From positions 41,769-105,768 of the forward strand of contig NZ_JAUBUN010000017.1 in NCBI RefSeq assembly GCF_036702665.1: a stretch of DNA of 64,000 bases, given 5' to 3'. A model generated the notes under the pieces. The model did no database searches. It saw nothing but the letters and a program-made list of their open reading frames with translations, and was not told the origin of the DNA. A program made the position numbers and the translations under genes. The DNA comes from Microcoleus sp. Aus8_D2. GTDB taxonomy: Bacteria > Cyanobacteriota > Cyanobacteriia > Cyanobacteriales > Microcoleaceae. Below are positions 19,960 through 29,415 of the stretch, piece by piece (position 1 is the stretch's first letter; the number at the start of each line of letters is the position of its first letter).

Positions 19960-20040
19960 GTTGGGGATCTCAGTCCGCCTATCCATCCCAACACCAATCG
20001 GAGTACCGATATGCTGTGGGGATTCCGGCGGTTTTGGCTA
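19960..20040 (-). pseudogene. Remnant of a second, related tnpB 3' end / IS right end lying just outside the intact copy
   Basis: Minus-sense cccacagcatatcggtactccgattggtgttggga aligns ~80% with the intact tnpB terminus cccgcatcatatctgtactcagattgatgtgggag (translates RNPHSISVLRL vs [10 protein letters not shown]). No upstream tnpB body. Confidence 0.45.
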
Positions 20041-20183
20041 AATTTTTGTGGCGATCGCATGGCCAGCCCCGCAGCACCCTCTCAGAGGGCGATCGCGAGA
20101 GTCGGGAACCCGCCTATGCGGTGAATGCAGGGCACAGGAGAGGTTAAGCTAAACTAGATGGGTGTAAATAGAAAGAGAGATTT

Positions 20184-20834
20184 ATGACAGAGCCAGCCAA
20201 CGCTCGCGATTTGTTTCGCGCTGCTTACGAACACCGTTACACCTGGGATGCCAACTTTCCCGGTTACAGCGCCGATATTGAACTCAAACAAGGCGACGAA
20301 GTATATACGGGTCATGTTTCCATTTCTCCAGACATGACAGTGGAAGTCAGCGGCATAGCAGACGAGGAAGTCAAGCAGAGCGTTTACACCCAAATGCGGG
20401 ACATTGTTACCCACCGCAAGCGATCGACATTTGAAAAATCCCACGGCAAAAACAGCTTCACCCTCGGCGAGAAGGACAGTACCGAGGCTGTGGATATTTT
20501 AGTGCAAGGCGACTCCATGGGATCTAATTACAAAATCCGAGGTCTGTCCATTTGTCAAGTCAGCCGGGTGATGGGCCGCATGGCTTTCGTCATAGACACG
20601 CACAAAAGCTTAGAGACACCCGAAGGTTCTTTGGCCAGCCACTACGATGCCGTTTTCCGCAACCCAGAAACCAACGAAATCATCAGAGAACTGGAATTTG
20701 AAGACACCTTTGACAAGATAGGCGACTATTATGTCATGACCAAGCAAGTAGTGCGATCGAAAGAAAAAGGCCAACTGACAACAACCGAGTTTAACTACTC
20801 GAACGTTAAACTGCTAGAACCAGCAGTAGTCTAA
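20184..20834 (+). CDS. Conserved hypothetical protein (216 aa), possibly DUF3386-like
   Basis: Clean ORF with plausible RBS (gaaagagag 8 bp upstream). Domain assignment from memory only. Confidence 0.5.
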   Translation: MTEPANARDLFRAAYEHRYTWDANFPGYSADIELKQGDEVYTGHVSISPDMTVEVSGIADEEVKQSVYTQMRDIVTHRKRSTFEKSHGKNSFTLGEKDSTEAVDILVQGDSMGSNYKIRGLSICQVSRVMGRMAFVIDTHKSLETPEGSLASHYDAVFRNPETNEIIRELEFEDTFDKIGDYYVMTKQVVRSKEKGQLTTTEFNYSNVKLLEPAVV

Positions 20835-21020
20835 GGTTATACCCTTTTTGGTTGGTGATTTTCGATTGCATTAATTTTTGGAACGGGTATTAATTGCAAA
20901 ATCCGTTTTGTTGGAGAAAGCGGGTTTTGCGATTAGTGTATCGGACTCAACTTGATTTAGCCGCAAGTAACGGTACGATCGAACTAAGTCAATTGTACGA
21001 ATAATTTTTGAGGCAAAAAT

Positions 21021-21260
21021 ATGACGACACTAGCACTAACCAGAGATAACGTCGAAACAGTTCTGGATGAAATGCGCCCCTACCTGATATCCGACGGTGG
21101 CAACGTCGAACTCGTAGAAATCGACGGCCCAGTAGTACACCTGAGACTGCAAGGAGCTTGCGGCTCTTGTCCCAGTTCCACAATGACTCTGAGAATGGGC
21201 ATTGAACGCCGCCTGCGCGAGGCCATCCCAGAAATTGCCGAAGTCGAACAGGTAATGTAA
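21021..21260 (+). CDS. nfuA: NifU-like Fe-S cluster assembly protein (Nfu C-terminal domain)
   Basis: [45 protein letters not shown] carries the CxxC Nfu motif. Near-identical in pattern to cyanobacterial ssl2667-type NifU. Confidence 0.85.
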   Translation: MTTLALTRDNVETVLDEMRPYLISDGGNVELVEIDGPVVHLRLQGACGSCPSSTMTLRMGIERRLREAIPEIAEVEQVM

Positions 21261-21605
21261 TTAGTCAATAGTCAGCAGTCATTAGTCATTAGTTAGTTTA
21301 ATCTTGACTATTGAATGTTGGCTATTGACTTTTACCTACTATTTATCAATTACCAGAAAGAATTGGTTGAAAGCCTCTCCCTTGTAAGGAAAAATTAAAA
21401 GAAGACTATTCATTACTCCAATCCTCTTCCTTCCAGTTAGAGGTCGCCCTCAAGCGGTCAACTATCAATTGAATGAAAGCCCTAGATCCAAAAAGTAGTT
21501 CTATGTGCTACTCGATGGTGGTAATGTGTGCAGCATCAACCTGTAATTGAGAGGTTGGAAGCGCTACTTAATAGGGAAAAGTTGGGGAGCATCTGATTTT
21601 TGCAA

Positions 21606-21666
21606 AAAACATTTTTTTTACAGTGCTGTCCCCGCTCGCTTGCTTATAGAACTAAGCGAGCGGGGA
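21606..21666. other. Perfect 20-bp stem hairpin (agtgctgtccccgctcgctt / aagcgagcggggacagcact, 12-nt loop)
   Basis: Read directly. Lies 150 bp upstream of the GH57 gene and is not followed by a clean U-tract on either strand. Confidence 0.6.
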
Positions 21667-21813
21667 CAGCACTATTAAAAGCAAAACTGAGATGCACCCG
21701 ACAAGGTGCGCTGTGCATCACCCTAAAGATAGAAGTTATGACTCCCAGACAGAATTACAAAATACCAATTACAATTACCAATTATAATTACTCATTACCC
21801 ATTACCAAAATTA

Positions 21814-24060
21814 ATGTCTCATCCACTTTACGTAGCCTTCATTTGGCACCAACACCAACCCCTCTACAAATCAAGATCGTTAACTAGCGCCGGAGCATCC
21901 GAGTATCGACTGCCTTGGGTGCGCTTGCACGGAGTCAAAGACTACTTGGATTTAGTGCTGATTCTGGAAAAATACCCGAAACTGCATCAAACAGTAAACC
22001 TGGTTCCGTCCTTGATTTTGCAGATAGAAGACTGCATCGCCGACCAAGCATTAGACCCTTACTTGGCGGTAACTCTCAAGGCAGCCGAAACTTTAAACAT
22101 CGCAGAACAAGAGTTCATTTTACAGCACTTCTTTGATGCCAACTACCACACCCTGATTCAGCCACATCCGCGCTACGCTCAACTCTACACTCAGCGGCAA
22201 GAAAAAGGCATTCAGTGGTGCTTGACAAACTGGAAAGTGCAGGATTTTAGCGACTTGCTGGCGTGGCACAATTTAGCTTGGATTGACCCGCTGTTTTGGG
22301 ACGACCCCGAGATTGCAGGGTGGCTGAAACAAGGACAAAATTTCAATCTGGCAGACCGCAAAAAGATCTATTCAAAACAAAAAGAAATCCTCGCCAGAAT
22401 CATTCCCCAGCACCGTAAAATGCAAGCCCAGGGACAGTTGGAAGTCTCCACGACCCCCTACACGCACCCGATTTTACCGCTGCTGGCTGACACTAACGGC
22501 GGCCGCATAGCGATTCCTAACATGACTCTGCCAGAACATAGGTTCCAGTGGGCTGAAGATATTCCGAGACATTTGAGAAAAGCCTGGGATATGTATCAAG
22601 ACAGATTTGAGTGCCAACCGCGCGGTTTGTGGCCGTCGGAACAGGCAGTTAGCCCGGAAATTTTGCCCTACATTGCTAAACAAGGCTTTAAATGGATAGT
22701 GTCGGATGAGGCGGTATTGGGGTGGACAATTAAACACTTTTTTCACCGCGATGGGGCGGGGAATGTTTGCGAACCAGAATTGTTATATCGCCCTTATCGT
22801 TTAGAAACTCCTGACGGTGATTTGGCGATCGTATTTAGAGACCACAGATTGTCTGATTTGATTGGTTTTACCTACGGTTCGATGGAACCGAAGAAGGCAG
22901 CGTCGGATTTGGTGGGACACTTGGAGGCGATCGGCAGAACTCTCAAACACCGACAACCGGACGGCAAAACATCTTTAGAAAATCCGTGGTTGGTGACGAT
23001 CGCCCTAGACGGCGAAAATTGCTGGGAATTCTATCCCCAAGATGGCAAACCCTTCTTAGAATCCCTCTATGAAACTCTCAGTCACAATCCCGATATCAAA
23101 TTAGTCACTGTCTCGGAATTTCTCGACAAATTCCCAGCCACCGAAACAATACCCGCCGCCCAACTGCATACCGGTTCCTGGGTAGACGGTTCCCTGACAA
23201 CTTGGATCGGCGATCCCGCGAAAAATCGCGCTTGGGACTTGTTAGGGCCCGCGAGACAAATGCTGGCGAACCATCCAGAAGCTACGGAAGAGAGCAATCC
23301 CGAAGCTTGGGAAGCGCTTTATGCGGCGGAAGGTTCCGACTGGTTCTGGTGGTTTGGCGAAGGCCATACGTCGAATCAAGATGCTATGTTCGATCGGCTA
23401 TTCCGCGAACACGTAGCTGCAATTTACGAAGCTCTCGGCGAGCCTGTACCCCCGGATGTGCTGCAACAAGTAGAGGCACACGAGGTTCAAGGCGACCACC
23501 AACCGCTGAGCTTTATTCACCCGATTATCGACGGTATCGGTAACGAACAGGATTGGGACAAAGCCGGCCGGATTGAAGTTGGGGGAGCAAGGGGTACCAT
23601 GCACCGGAGTTCGGCAATTCAGCGGCTTTGGTACGGGGTGGATCACTTGAATTTTTACCTTCGCGCCGACTTCAAGGCTGGGGTGCGGCCGGGCATTGAT
23701 TGCCCGCCGGAGTTAAATTTGTTTTGGTTTTATCCCGATCGCACCATGCACAACAGTCTGATTCCGCTGTCAGGTGTACCCGATGAAGCACCCATAAACT
23801 ATCGCTTCCACCATCAGTTAGAGATTAATTTGCTCACCAAATCGATTTGGTTTCAGGAAGCAGGAGAGCGCGATGAGTGGCATCCCCGCATCAGCCGCGC
23901 CCAAGTGGGACTGGATAAATGTTTGGAGGTAGCTGTGCCCTGGGCGGATTTGCACATTATGCCCGACTGGCAAATGAGGCTGATTGCGGTTTTATCGTCC
24001 GGGGAGCGCTATTCTACCTGTATGCCGGAAGATACTTTGATTGGAATTGGAATGCCATAA
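21814..24060 (+). CDS. Glycoside hydrolase family 57 protein (alpha-glucan processing)
   Basis: N-terminal GH57 signature LYVAFIWHQHQPLY, 748 aa, with GH57 catalytic-region motifs (WDD...E, GSWVDGS, WFWWFGEGH). Confidence 0.85.
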   Translation: MSHPLYVAFIWHQHQPLYKSRSLTSAGASEYRLPWVRLHGVKDYLDLVLILEKYPKLHQTVNLVPSLILQIEDCIADQALDPYLAVTLKAAETLNIAEQEFILQHFFDANYHTLIQPHPRYAQLYTQRQEKGIQWCLTNWKVQDFSDLLAWHNLAWIDPLFWDDPEIAGWLKQGQNFNLADRKKIYSKQKEILARIIPQHRKMQAQGQLEVSTTPYTHPILPLLADTNGGRIAIPNMTLPEHRFQWAEDIPRHLRKAWDMYQDRFECQPRGLWPSEQAVSPEILPYIAKQGFKWIVSDEAVLGWTIKHFFHRDGAGNVCEPELLYRPYRLETPDGDLAIVFRDHRLSDLIGFTYGSMEPKKAASDLVGHLEAIGRTLKHRQPDGKTSLENPWLVTIALDGENCWEFYPQDGKPFLESLYETLSHNPDIKLVTVSEFLDKFPATETIPAAQLHTGSWVDGSLTTWIGDPAKNRAWDLLGPARQMLANHPEATEESNPEAWEALYAAEGSDWFWWFGEGHTSNQDAMFDRLFREHVAAIYEALGEPVPPDVLQQVEAHEVQGDHQPLSFIHPIIDGIGNEQDWDKAGRIEVGGARGTMHRSSAIQRLWYGVDHLNFYLRADFKAGVRPGIDCPPELNLFWFYPDRTMHNSLIPLSGVPDEAPINYRFHHQLEINLLTKSIWFQEAGERDEWHPRISRAQVGLDKCLEVAVPWADLHIMPDWQMRLIAVLSSGERYSTCMPEDTLIGIGMP

Positions 24061-24178
24061 AGAGTCAGTTGTCAGTTGTCAGTTGTCAGTTGTCAGTTGT
24101 CAGTTGTCAGTTGTCAGTTGTCAGTAGTCAGTAGTCAGTTGTCAGTAGTCAGTAGTCAGTAGTCAGTTGTCAGTTGTC
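24058..24178. repeat. STRR heptamer array (TTGTCAG / TAGTCAG x ~17) immediately after the GH57 stop codon
   Basis: gtcagttgtcagttgtcag...gtcagtagtcagtag, read directly. Confidence 0.9.
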
Positions 24179-24623
24179 CTGCCGTCATTAGTTAGTGCGA
24201 GCGTCCCCTCGCCCGCGAACCCGATCGTTAGTCATTAGTCCTGCCATCATGTTTTGCTGTCCCTCGCCCGCGAACGTCCAACGTCCTGCCCTCATCATCG
24301 GGTTTGCGTTTGGGCGGGCATCATAATTTTCGCTCGATCGCGTGCTGGCGTCCCCTCGCCCGCGATCGACAGAGATCTGCTGGGACGGCTTGCAGGGTAT
24401 AATTCCGATGTTGCCGTATTTGAGATCGGTGATTGTTTGACCTAACAAACAATTAAAATTCAAGAATTATCAGTTTTTCTTGACTTCTGCCTTCAGCTCC
24501 GGCTGCCTTTTACCTCGATAGGTCGGATCGCCTCCGGTCGATCGACCGCTATAAAATTGGTTCGCATTCAGGACTTCAATCATCCCAAAACAGAGGACGG
24601 AAGTCCTGACTACAAACCTGATA

Positions 24624-27224
24624 ATGGGTGAATTTACCGGACATCAAATCATTAGTCATTGGGAAATCATCAAACTAATGAGCCGCATTTTGCTCTCGAT
24701 CGATCGCCACCAACAACATTTGCCTATCGCACACCTCAACACTGAGCATGAGGTGATGCTACTCGATTGGACTTCCGAACCGAACTCAGAATTTATTCTT
24801 CCCAAAATAGCTTTTGACTTGTGCATTCTCGACGAGGCAAACTTCGATCGTATCGGGCCGCTGGTTGAAACATTTAAAACTGCGGCGGAGCCTAGTTTTT
24901 TACCGTTTTTGCTATTGATAAACTCCCCAGCGCCGACTCTTTCCGAGCAGCAGTTTTTGCGGAGATCCAAACAACTTGAAGGCAGAATTGATGATTTGAT
25001 AGTAAGTCCCGTAGATGCCGCCCAACTGCACTTGCGGGTAGAGAATTTGTTGGCCCGCAGGCAGCTCTCGCTAGAACTCTATAGACTTCAAGAAGTAATT
25101 AAAGAACGCACTTTTACAGAAAATTTGTTAATCGACTCGCTGCAAACGGCAAAGGAAAACCTGCAACGGGAAATCGCCAAGCGGGCCGAGGTAGAAGCTG
25201 CACTGCGAGAAAACTCCTATCTCGACTTGCTGATGAATGCTATGCCAGATATTGTCTGCTTTAAAGATGGCGAGGGCAGGTGGCAGGAGGCAAATCAAGC
25301 GATATTGGAATTGTTCGAGCTATCAGCAGATGAATATCGGGGCCTCACAGATTCTCAGCTAGGAAAACTCAGCAGTTTTTATCGGGAGGCTCTACAAGCC
25401 TGCGATGTGAGCGATCGAGCAGCGTGGGAAAAAGGTACGCTTTCGAGGGGAGAAGAAGTGATTCCCCGATCGAACGGTACTCTAAAAATCTACGATGTGA
25501 TTAAAGTACCAGTATTTCACCCCAACGGCAGACGTAAAAGTATGGTGATTTTGGGTCGCGACATTACTGAACAGAAGCAGGCACAAGACGAACTCGTGCG
25601 CTTAGCGTCCATTGTAGAGTCTTCTGATGACGGCATCGTGGGCCAAACCCTCGCCGGGACAATTCAAAGCTGGAATGCAGGAGCCGAGAAGATTTACGGC
25701 TACTGCGCGCAGGAAGTCAAGGGGCAGTCGATCGAGATTTTAGCAATTCCCGAACGCCCCAAGGAAATTCCCCAAATTCTGGAAAATATTCGGGCTGGAG
25801 CCACCATCGACCATTACGAAACCGTACACTTGCGTAAAGACGGCGAACAGATAGATGTGTCTCTGACGATTTCTCCGATTAAAGACGCCACAGGAGCAGT
25901 AACGGGCGTTTCGACAATCGCTCGCGACATCACCGACAGCAAGCGAATTGAAAAAGCTCTCGAACAACTCCGCCACCAAACAGAAATGATTTTGTTCTCC
26001 GCAGCAGAAGGAATTTGCGGGTTGGACAAACTGGGAAAAGTAACTTTTGTCAATCCGGCGGCGGTGAGAATGGCCGGCTGCGAATCGAAGCAATTGATCG
26101 ATCGACCTTTGTCTGAAAGCTTACACCGTTCTCCGGCAGAATGCTCAAAGGCGATCGAGCAAATGTCACCTGCAACAGATATCAATTCCGGCTCTGAACT
26201 TGCCCCAGACTGCGCCGCACCAACGACGGGAAAACTCTCGAACCCAGTAAGTTCTCAAATTTTAGACACCTTGGCTGACGGAGAGGTTCGGCGTGTCACG
26301 GATGAGGTTTTTTGTCGGCAAGACGGCAGCAGTTTTCCGGTTGAGTACGTTGTCGCTCCGATGCGAGAACGAGGCGAAATTATTGGCGCTGTGGTGACTT
26401 TTAAAGATATCACCGATCGGCTGGCGATCGAGCACATGAAAGATGAATTCATCTCTGTTGTCAGCCACGAACTGCGGACGCCCATGACCTCTATTCACGG
26501 GGCCCTCGGCCTCCTCAACAGCGGCCTGCTTGAGGCTCACCCCCAGAAAGCCAAGCGGATGCTGGAGATTGCTGTCACTAATACTGACCGCTTGGTGCGC
26601 TTGATCAACGACATCCTGGATTTAGAGCGGATGGATTCTAATTACAGCACTGCTATCAAACAAACTTGTAATGTCGCTGAGTTGATGTTGCAGGCGGCTG
26701 ACGAGATGCAGGGAATGGCTCAGCAGGCGGGAGTTACTCTGTCGGTGAGGCCTGTGGGGGCGCAATTACTGGCTGTTCGCGATCGGCTAATTCAAGCCTT
26801 GACAAATTTGCTCAGCAATGCTATGAAATTTTCGCCTGCGGGTGCTACGATCTGGCTGAGCGGGGAGTTGATTCACGATCGGGATTTGGCAGAAAAAGCT
26901 GGGTTGAAGTTGGTCTCGTCTCAGTCTTTGTTGTCTCCTGAGCCTGCCGCCGTCAATCCGCACTCACCAGTGAGTTCGTCGATCCTGATTGCTGTCAAAG
27001 ACCAAGGACGGGGCATTCCGCCGGACAAGCTAGAGATGGTGTTTGAACGCTTTCAACAGGTTAATGCTTCTGATTGTCGCCAGAAAGGAGGAACTGGTTT
27101 GGGGCTGGCTATTTGTCGCAGTATCGTGCAGCAGCACGGGGGCCGGATTTGGGTGGAGAGCGTTTTGGGGGAGGGCAGCACTTTTTTCTTAAGTCTGCCA
27201 GTTCTCCGGGAGGGCCAAAGTTAA
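24624..27224 (+). CDS. Multi-PAS sensor histidine kinase with degenerate N-terminal receiver-like domain
   Basis: N-terminal ~140 aa CheY-like fold lacking the canonical DD...D...K pattern. Coiled coil, three PAS/PAC, H-box MKDEFISVVSHELRTPMTSI, N-box LTNLLSNAMKFS, G2 GGTGLGLAICRSIVQQHGG. Confidence 0.8.
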   Translation: MGEFTGHQIISHWEIIKLMSRILLSIDRHQQHLPIAHLNTEHEVMLLDWTSEPNSEFILPKIAFDLCILDEANFDRIGPLVETFKTAAEPSFLPFLLLINSPAPTLSEQQFLRRSKQLEGRIDDLIVSPVDAAQLHLRVENLLARRQLSLELYRLQEVIKERTFTENLLIDSLQTAKENLQREIAKRAEVEAALRENSYLDLLMNAMPDIVCFKDGEGRWQEANQAILELFELSADEYRGLTDSQLGKLSSFYREALQACDVSDRAAWEKGTLSRGEEVIPRSNGTLKIYDVIKVPVFHPNGRRKSMVILGRDITEQKQAQDELVRLASIVESSDDGIVGQTLAGTIQSWNAGAEKIYGYCAQEVKGQSIEILAIPERPKEIPQILENIRAGATIDHYETVHLRKDGEQIDVSLTISPIKDATGAVTGVSTIARDITDSKRIEKALEQLRHQTEMILFSAAEGICGLDKLGKVTFVNPAAVRMAGCESKQLIDRPLSESLHRSPAECSKAIEQMSPATDINSGSELAPDCAAPTTGKLSNPVSSQILDTLADGEVRRVTDEVFCRQDGSSFPVEYVVAPMRERGEIIGAVVTFKDITDRLAIEHMKDEFISVVSHELRTPMTSIHGALGLLNSGLLEAHPQKAKRMLEIAVTNTDRLVRLINDILDLERMDSNYSTAIKQTCNVAELMLQAADEMQGMAQQAGVTLSVRPVGAQLLAVRDRLIQALTNLLSNAMKFSPAGATIWLSGELIHDRDLAEKAGLKLVSSQSLLSPEPAAVNPHSPVSSSILIAVKDQGRGIPPDKLEMVFERFQQVNASDCRQKGGTGLGLAICRSIVQQHGGRIWVESVLGEGSTFFLSLPVLREGQS

Positions 27225-27296
27225 GTGAAGGCATTGTTCATTTGTCATGACTTATGAAAAAATATGAATGCAAAAATTTTCCTTCAATCCGGGATG

Positions 27297-27386
27297 CAGA
27301 AATCGGTTTTTTTTACCTAAATACTTCGTTGCAGCCTGCTGAAATGCTAAAAAAAACCCGGTTTCGAGGAGTCGCGAGTGCGTCCG
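27297..27386. repeat. MITE-like element, copy E (GAAA(C)CGG(G)TTTTT ... AAAAACCCGGTTTC ... GTGCGTCC family)
   Basis: gaaatcggttttttttacc...aatacttcgttgcagcc...aaaaaaacccggtttcgaggagtcgcgagtgcgtcc shares core and internal aatacttcgYtgcaKcc with copy C. Confidence 0.6.
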
Positions 27387-27589
27387 GGACTGTCATTATT
27401 GCCAAAGAGGGATCTAGAGGCAGCGATCGGGCAAAAATCGCGCTCGGAGGTCGAAAAGCGGATTTTTGGGGTGGGAAAATTTTACAGTTTTGTAGCTTTA
27501 CTGTAAAGTTCGATCGGGTAAAACAGTTTGCTTTACAAAACATTCACATTTGGCCTCTAGTCTGTGATCAGTTCTCATTCCTAAAAAAG

Positions 27590-27982
27590 ATGTTAATTTT
27601 GAATGCTAAGCGCATCTTGGTTATTGACGATGCGGAAGATATTCGGGAAGTCGCTCAAGTCAGTCTTGAGGTGGTGGGGGGCTGGGAAGTGCTGACCGCG
27701 AGTTCTGGCCGCGAGGGTGTGGCTAAGGCTCTTGCTGAACAGCCTGATGCTATTCTCTTGGACGTGATGATGCCCGACCAAGACGGGCCTACTACTTTTA
27801 AACAGTTACAAGCTAATCATGCTACCCAGCACATTCCGGTAATTTTATTGACAGCTAAGGCTCTCGCTAGCGACAGGCGGATGTTCGCGGATTTGGGGGT
27901 GGTGAGTGTGATTGCTAAGCCTTTTGAACCGATGTCTTTGGCTACTCAGGTGGCTGAAGCTTTGGGCTGGGAGGAAGCATAG
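27590..27982 (+). CDS. Single-domain CheY-like response regulator
   Basis: KRILVIDDAEDIREV (D-D pair), LLDVMMPDQDG (phospho-acceptor Asp) and PVILLTAKA (T/K). I take the start at ATG 27590. The ORF finder's 27254 start runs through the MITE copy and is rejected. Confidence 0.8.
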   Translation: MLILNAKRILVIDDAEDIREVAQVSLEVVGGWEVLTASSGREGVAKALAEQPDAILLDVMMPDQDGPTTFKQLQANHATQHIPVILLTAKALASDRRMFADLGVVSVIAKPFEPMSLATQVAEALGWEEA

Positions 27983-28203
27983 GTCGTTAGCGCAGCCCTC
28001 GAAGAGGATCGCGCTGAATTCTATAATGAAATAAACAAAATCTTCCTGCTCGATTTTTAGGTTTAATATAATCTGGCAGGAGTTTATTTTGTTTTGTAAC
28101 AACTTGCTCATCTTCATAAGTTCTTCAGGTTTAAGTTTTAAGTTTAAGCACATCGTCAGGGATCGATCCTGACTGTTTGCCGACACCTTGGGAGAAGACG
28201 ACA

Positions 28204-28422
28204 ATGCCCTCAGCTTACATTTTGCTACTGATAGTTTCTCTGGCAGCCGTCTGGATTTACTGGCAAACCTCTCAAGATATTTTTGTACTTGTGGCTTTGG
28301 GCGGACTGGGTTGTTTTATTTGGGGTTTCTCTTGGGCCCCTTGGGGCGTTCAGCTTTTGATTGTGGTGTTGCTGTTGAGCCTCCAAAAGTGCTACTTGCC
28401 AGACCCTCAAAGTTTGGAGTGA
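28204..28422 (+). CDS. Hypothetical small membrane protein (two predicted TM helices)
   Basis: MPSAYILLLIVSLAAVWIYW ... VLVALGGLGCFIWGFSWAPWGVQLLIVVLLLSL. ORF only. Confidence 0.3.
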   Translation: MPSAYILLLIVSLAAVWIYWQTSQDIFVLVALGGLGCFIWGFSWAPWGVQLLIVVLLLSLQKCYLPDPQSLE

Positions 28423-28529
28423 AAAGAGCTTTTTTATTGTTGTGTCTGGAGTAGAGATGCAGCGACATTCATCAATCTCTGTAATGAATTGGTTTATCGA
28501 TCCATATCTTAAAGAAGGTTTAAAATATC

Positions 28530-28742
28530 ATGAATAGTTGCCCTTGTTGCTCCTCTCAATTGTTACGCCACGCTCGCCACAATCGCGTTTATTGGTTCTG
28601 CTCGCGCTGCTGGCAGGAAATGCCGGATCTGTCGGAGATGATTTTAGGTAACAGCCTGCGGACTCACAAACGGGACGGTTTGGTGAAGCTTCCAGCTTTA
28701 ACTCCTAAAGTGAGGATTTTGGATTCTGTAGGAATTGCTTAG
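28530..28742 (+). CDS. Hypothetical zinc-ribbon protein (CxxC ... CxxC)
   Basis: MNSCPCCSSQ...WFCSRCWQEM. ORF only. Confidence 0.3.
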   Translation: MNSCPCCSSQLLRHARHNRVYWFCSRCWQEMPDLSEMILGNSLRTHKRDGLVKLPALTPKVRILDSVGIA

Positions 28743-28863
28743 GAAAGCTGGAGTTGGACTGACGATAAATATTGAGACGGAAAATTTTTTTGATTGTACC
28801 ATGGGTTGGATTTTTTAATAAAAAATGCAAAAGCCCCTTCACTATCAATGAAGGGGACTTATT

Positions 28864-28906
28864 GGCGGGCGGGCGATCGCACTTGTAAGGGGGTCGATCG
28901 CCCGCC
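28864..28906. terminator. GC-rich HIP1 hairpin (ggcgggcgatcg ... cgatcgcccgcc), candidate bidirectional terminator between convergent genes
   Basis: 12-bp stem, between stop of 28530 ORF and stop of hli. Confidence 0.4.
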
Positions 28907-28946
28907 ACAAATTACAGTTATTGTATATTCTATAGACTTAAGCTGA

Positions 28947-29090
28947 TTACATCAAACCGATTTGAGCGAGAATGCCTTGACCGGTCAGGAATTCCGTAGC
29001 CAGACCGATAACGAAGCCCAGCATTGCCAAACGACCGTTCCAGGTTTCAGCGAACTCTGTGAAGCCTACTTTTGCGTCTTTGTTTTCCAT
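28947..29090 (-). CDS. hli: High-light-inducible protein (HLIP/Scp, one-helix CAB family), 47 aa
   Basis: Minus-strand translation MENKDAKVGFTEFAETWNGRLAMLGFVIGLATEFLTGQGILAQIGLM contains the chlorophyll-binding E..NGR.AM.GF motif. Missed by the >=60-aa ORF track. Confidence 0.8.
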   Translation of the reverse strand: MENKDAKVGFTEFAETWNGRLAMLGFVIGLATEFLTGQGILAQIGLM

Positions 29091-29247
29091 AACCAGAAAC
29101 CTCGTTGTATTTCAACCTTATGTAACTAAACTTAACACAGCAGTAAAAATATTGCAACATATTTTTACATTGGGTGGACAAAGGCGAGAGAGAGGGAGAA
29201 TGGGAGAGGGGGCAGATTCCCTCCGCAACGCTTGGCCCATAATATGG

Positions 29248-29307
29248 TAGGGGCGGGTTCGCCCAGATATCGGGCATAAATCCAAGATCCTGTAAACCCG
29301 CCCCGGC
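29248..29307. repeat. Mini-hairpin dispersed repeat (GGGGCGGGTT/AACCCGCCCC family)
   Basis: ggtaggggcgggttcgcccagatatcgggcataaatccaagatcctgtaaacccgccccggcc. Confidence 0.7.
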
Positions 29308-29415
29308 CAGGATATTATGGTCGATCGATCGTCCAGGATATGAGATAGTCTGCGGGATGTTAGAATTGCGGGCGCGGACTCGCCCCGACAAGCTTAGCGA
29401 TGGTGACAAACTGCA

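Noticed and set aside
19878-20060. 60-aa ORF as an independent gene
   Set aside because: Its only recognisable content is the degenerate tnpB 3'-end homology, so it is treated as an IS remnant.
27254-27589. N-terminal 112-aa extension of the response regulator ORF
   Set aside because: The extension runs through a MITE-like element and has no receiver-domain similarity. The canonical CheY-like domain starts at ATG 27590.
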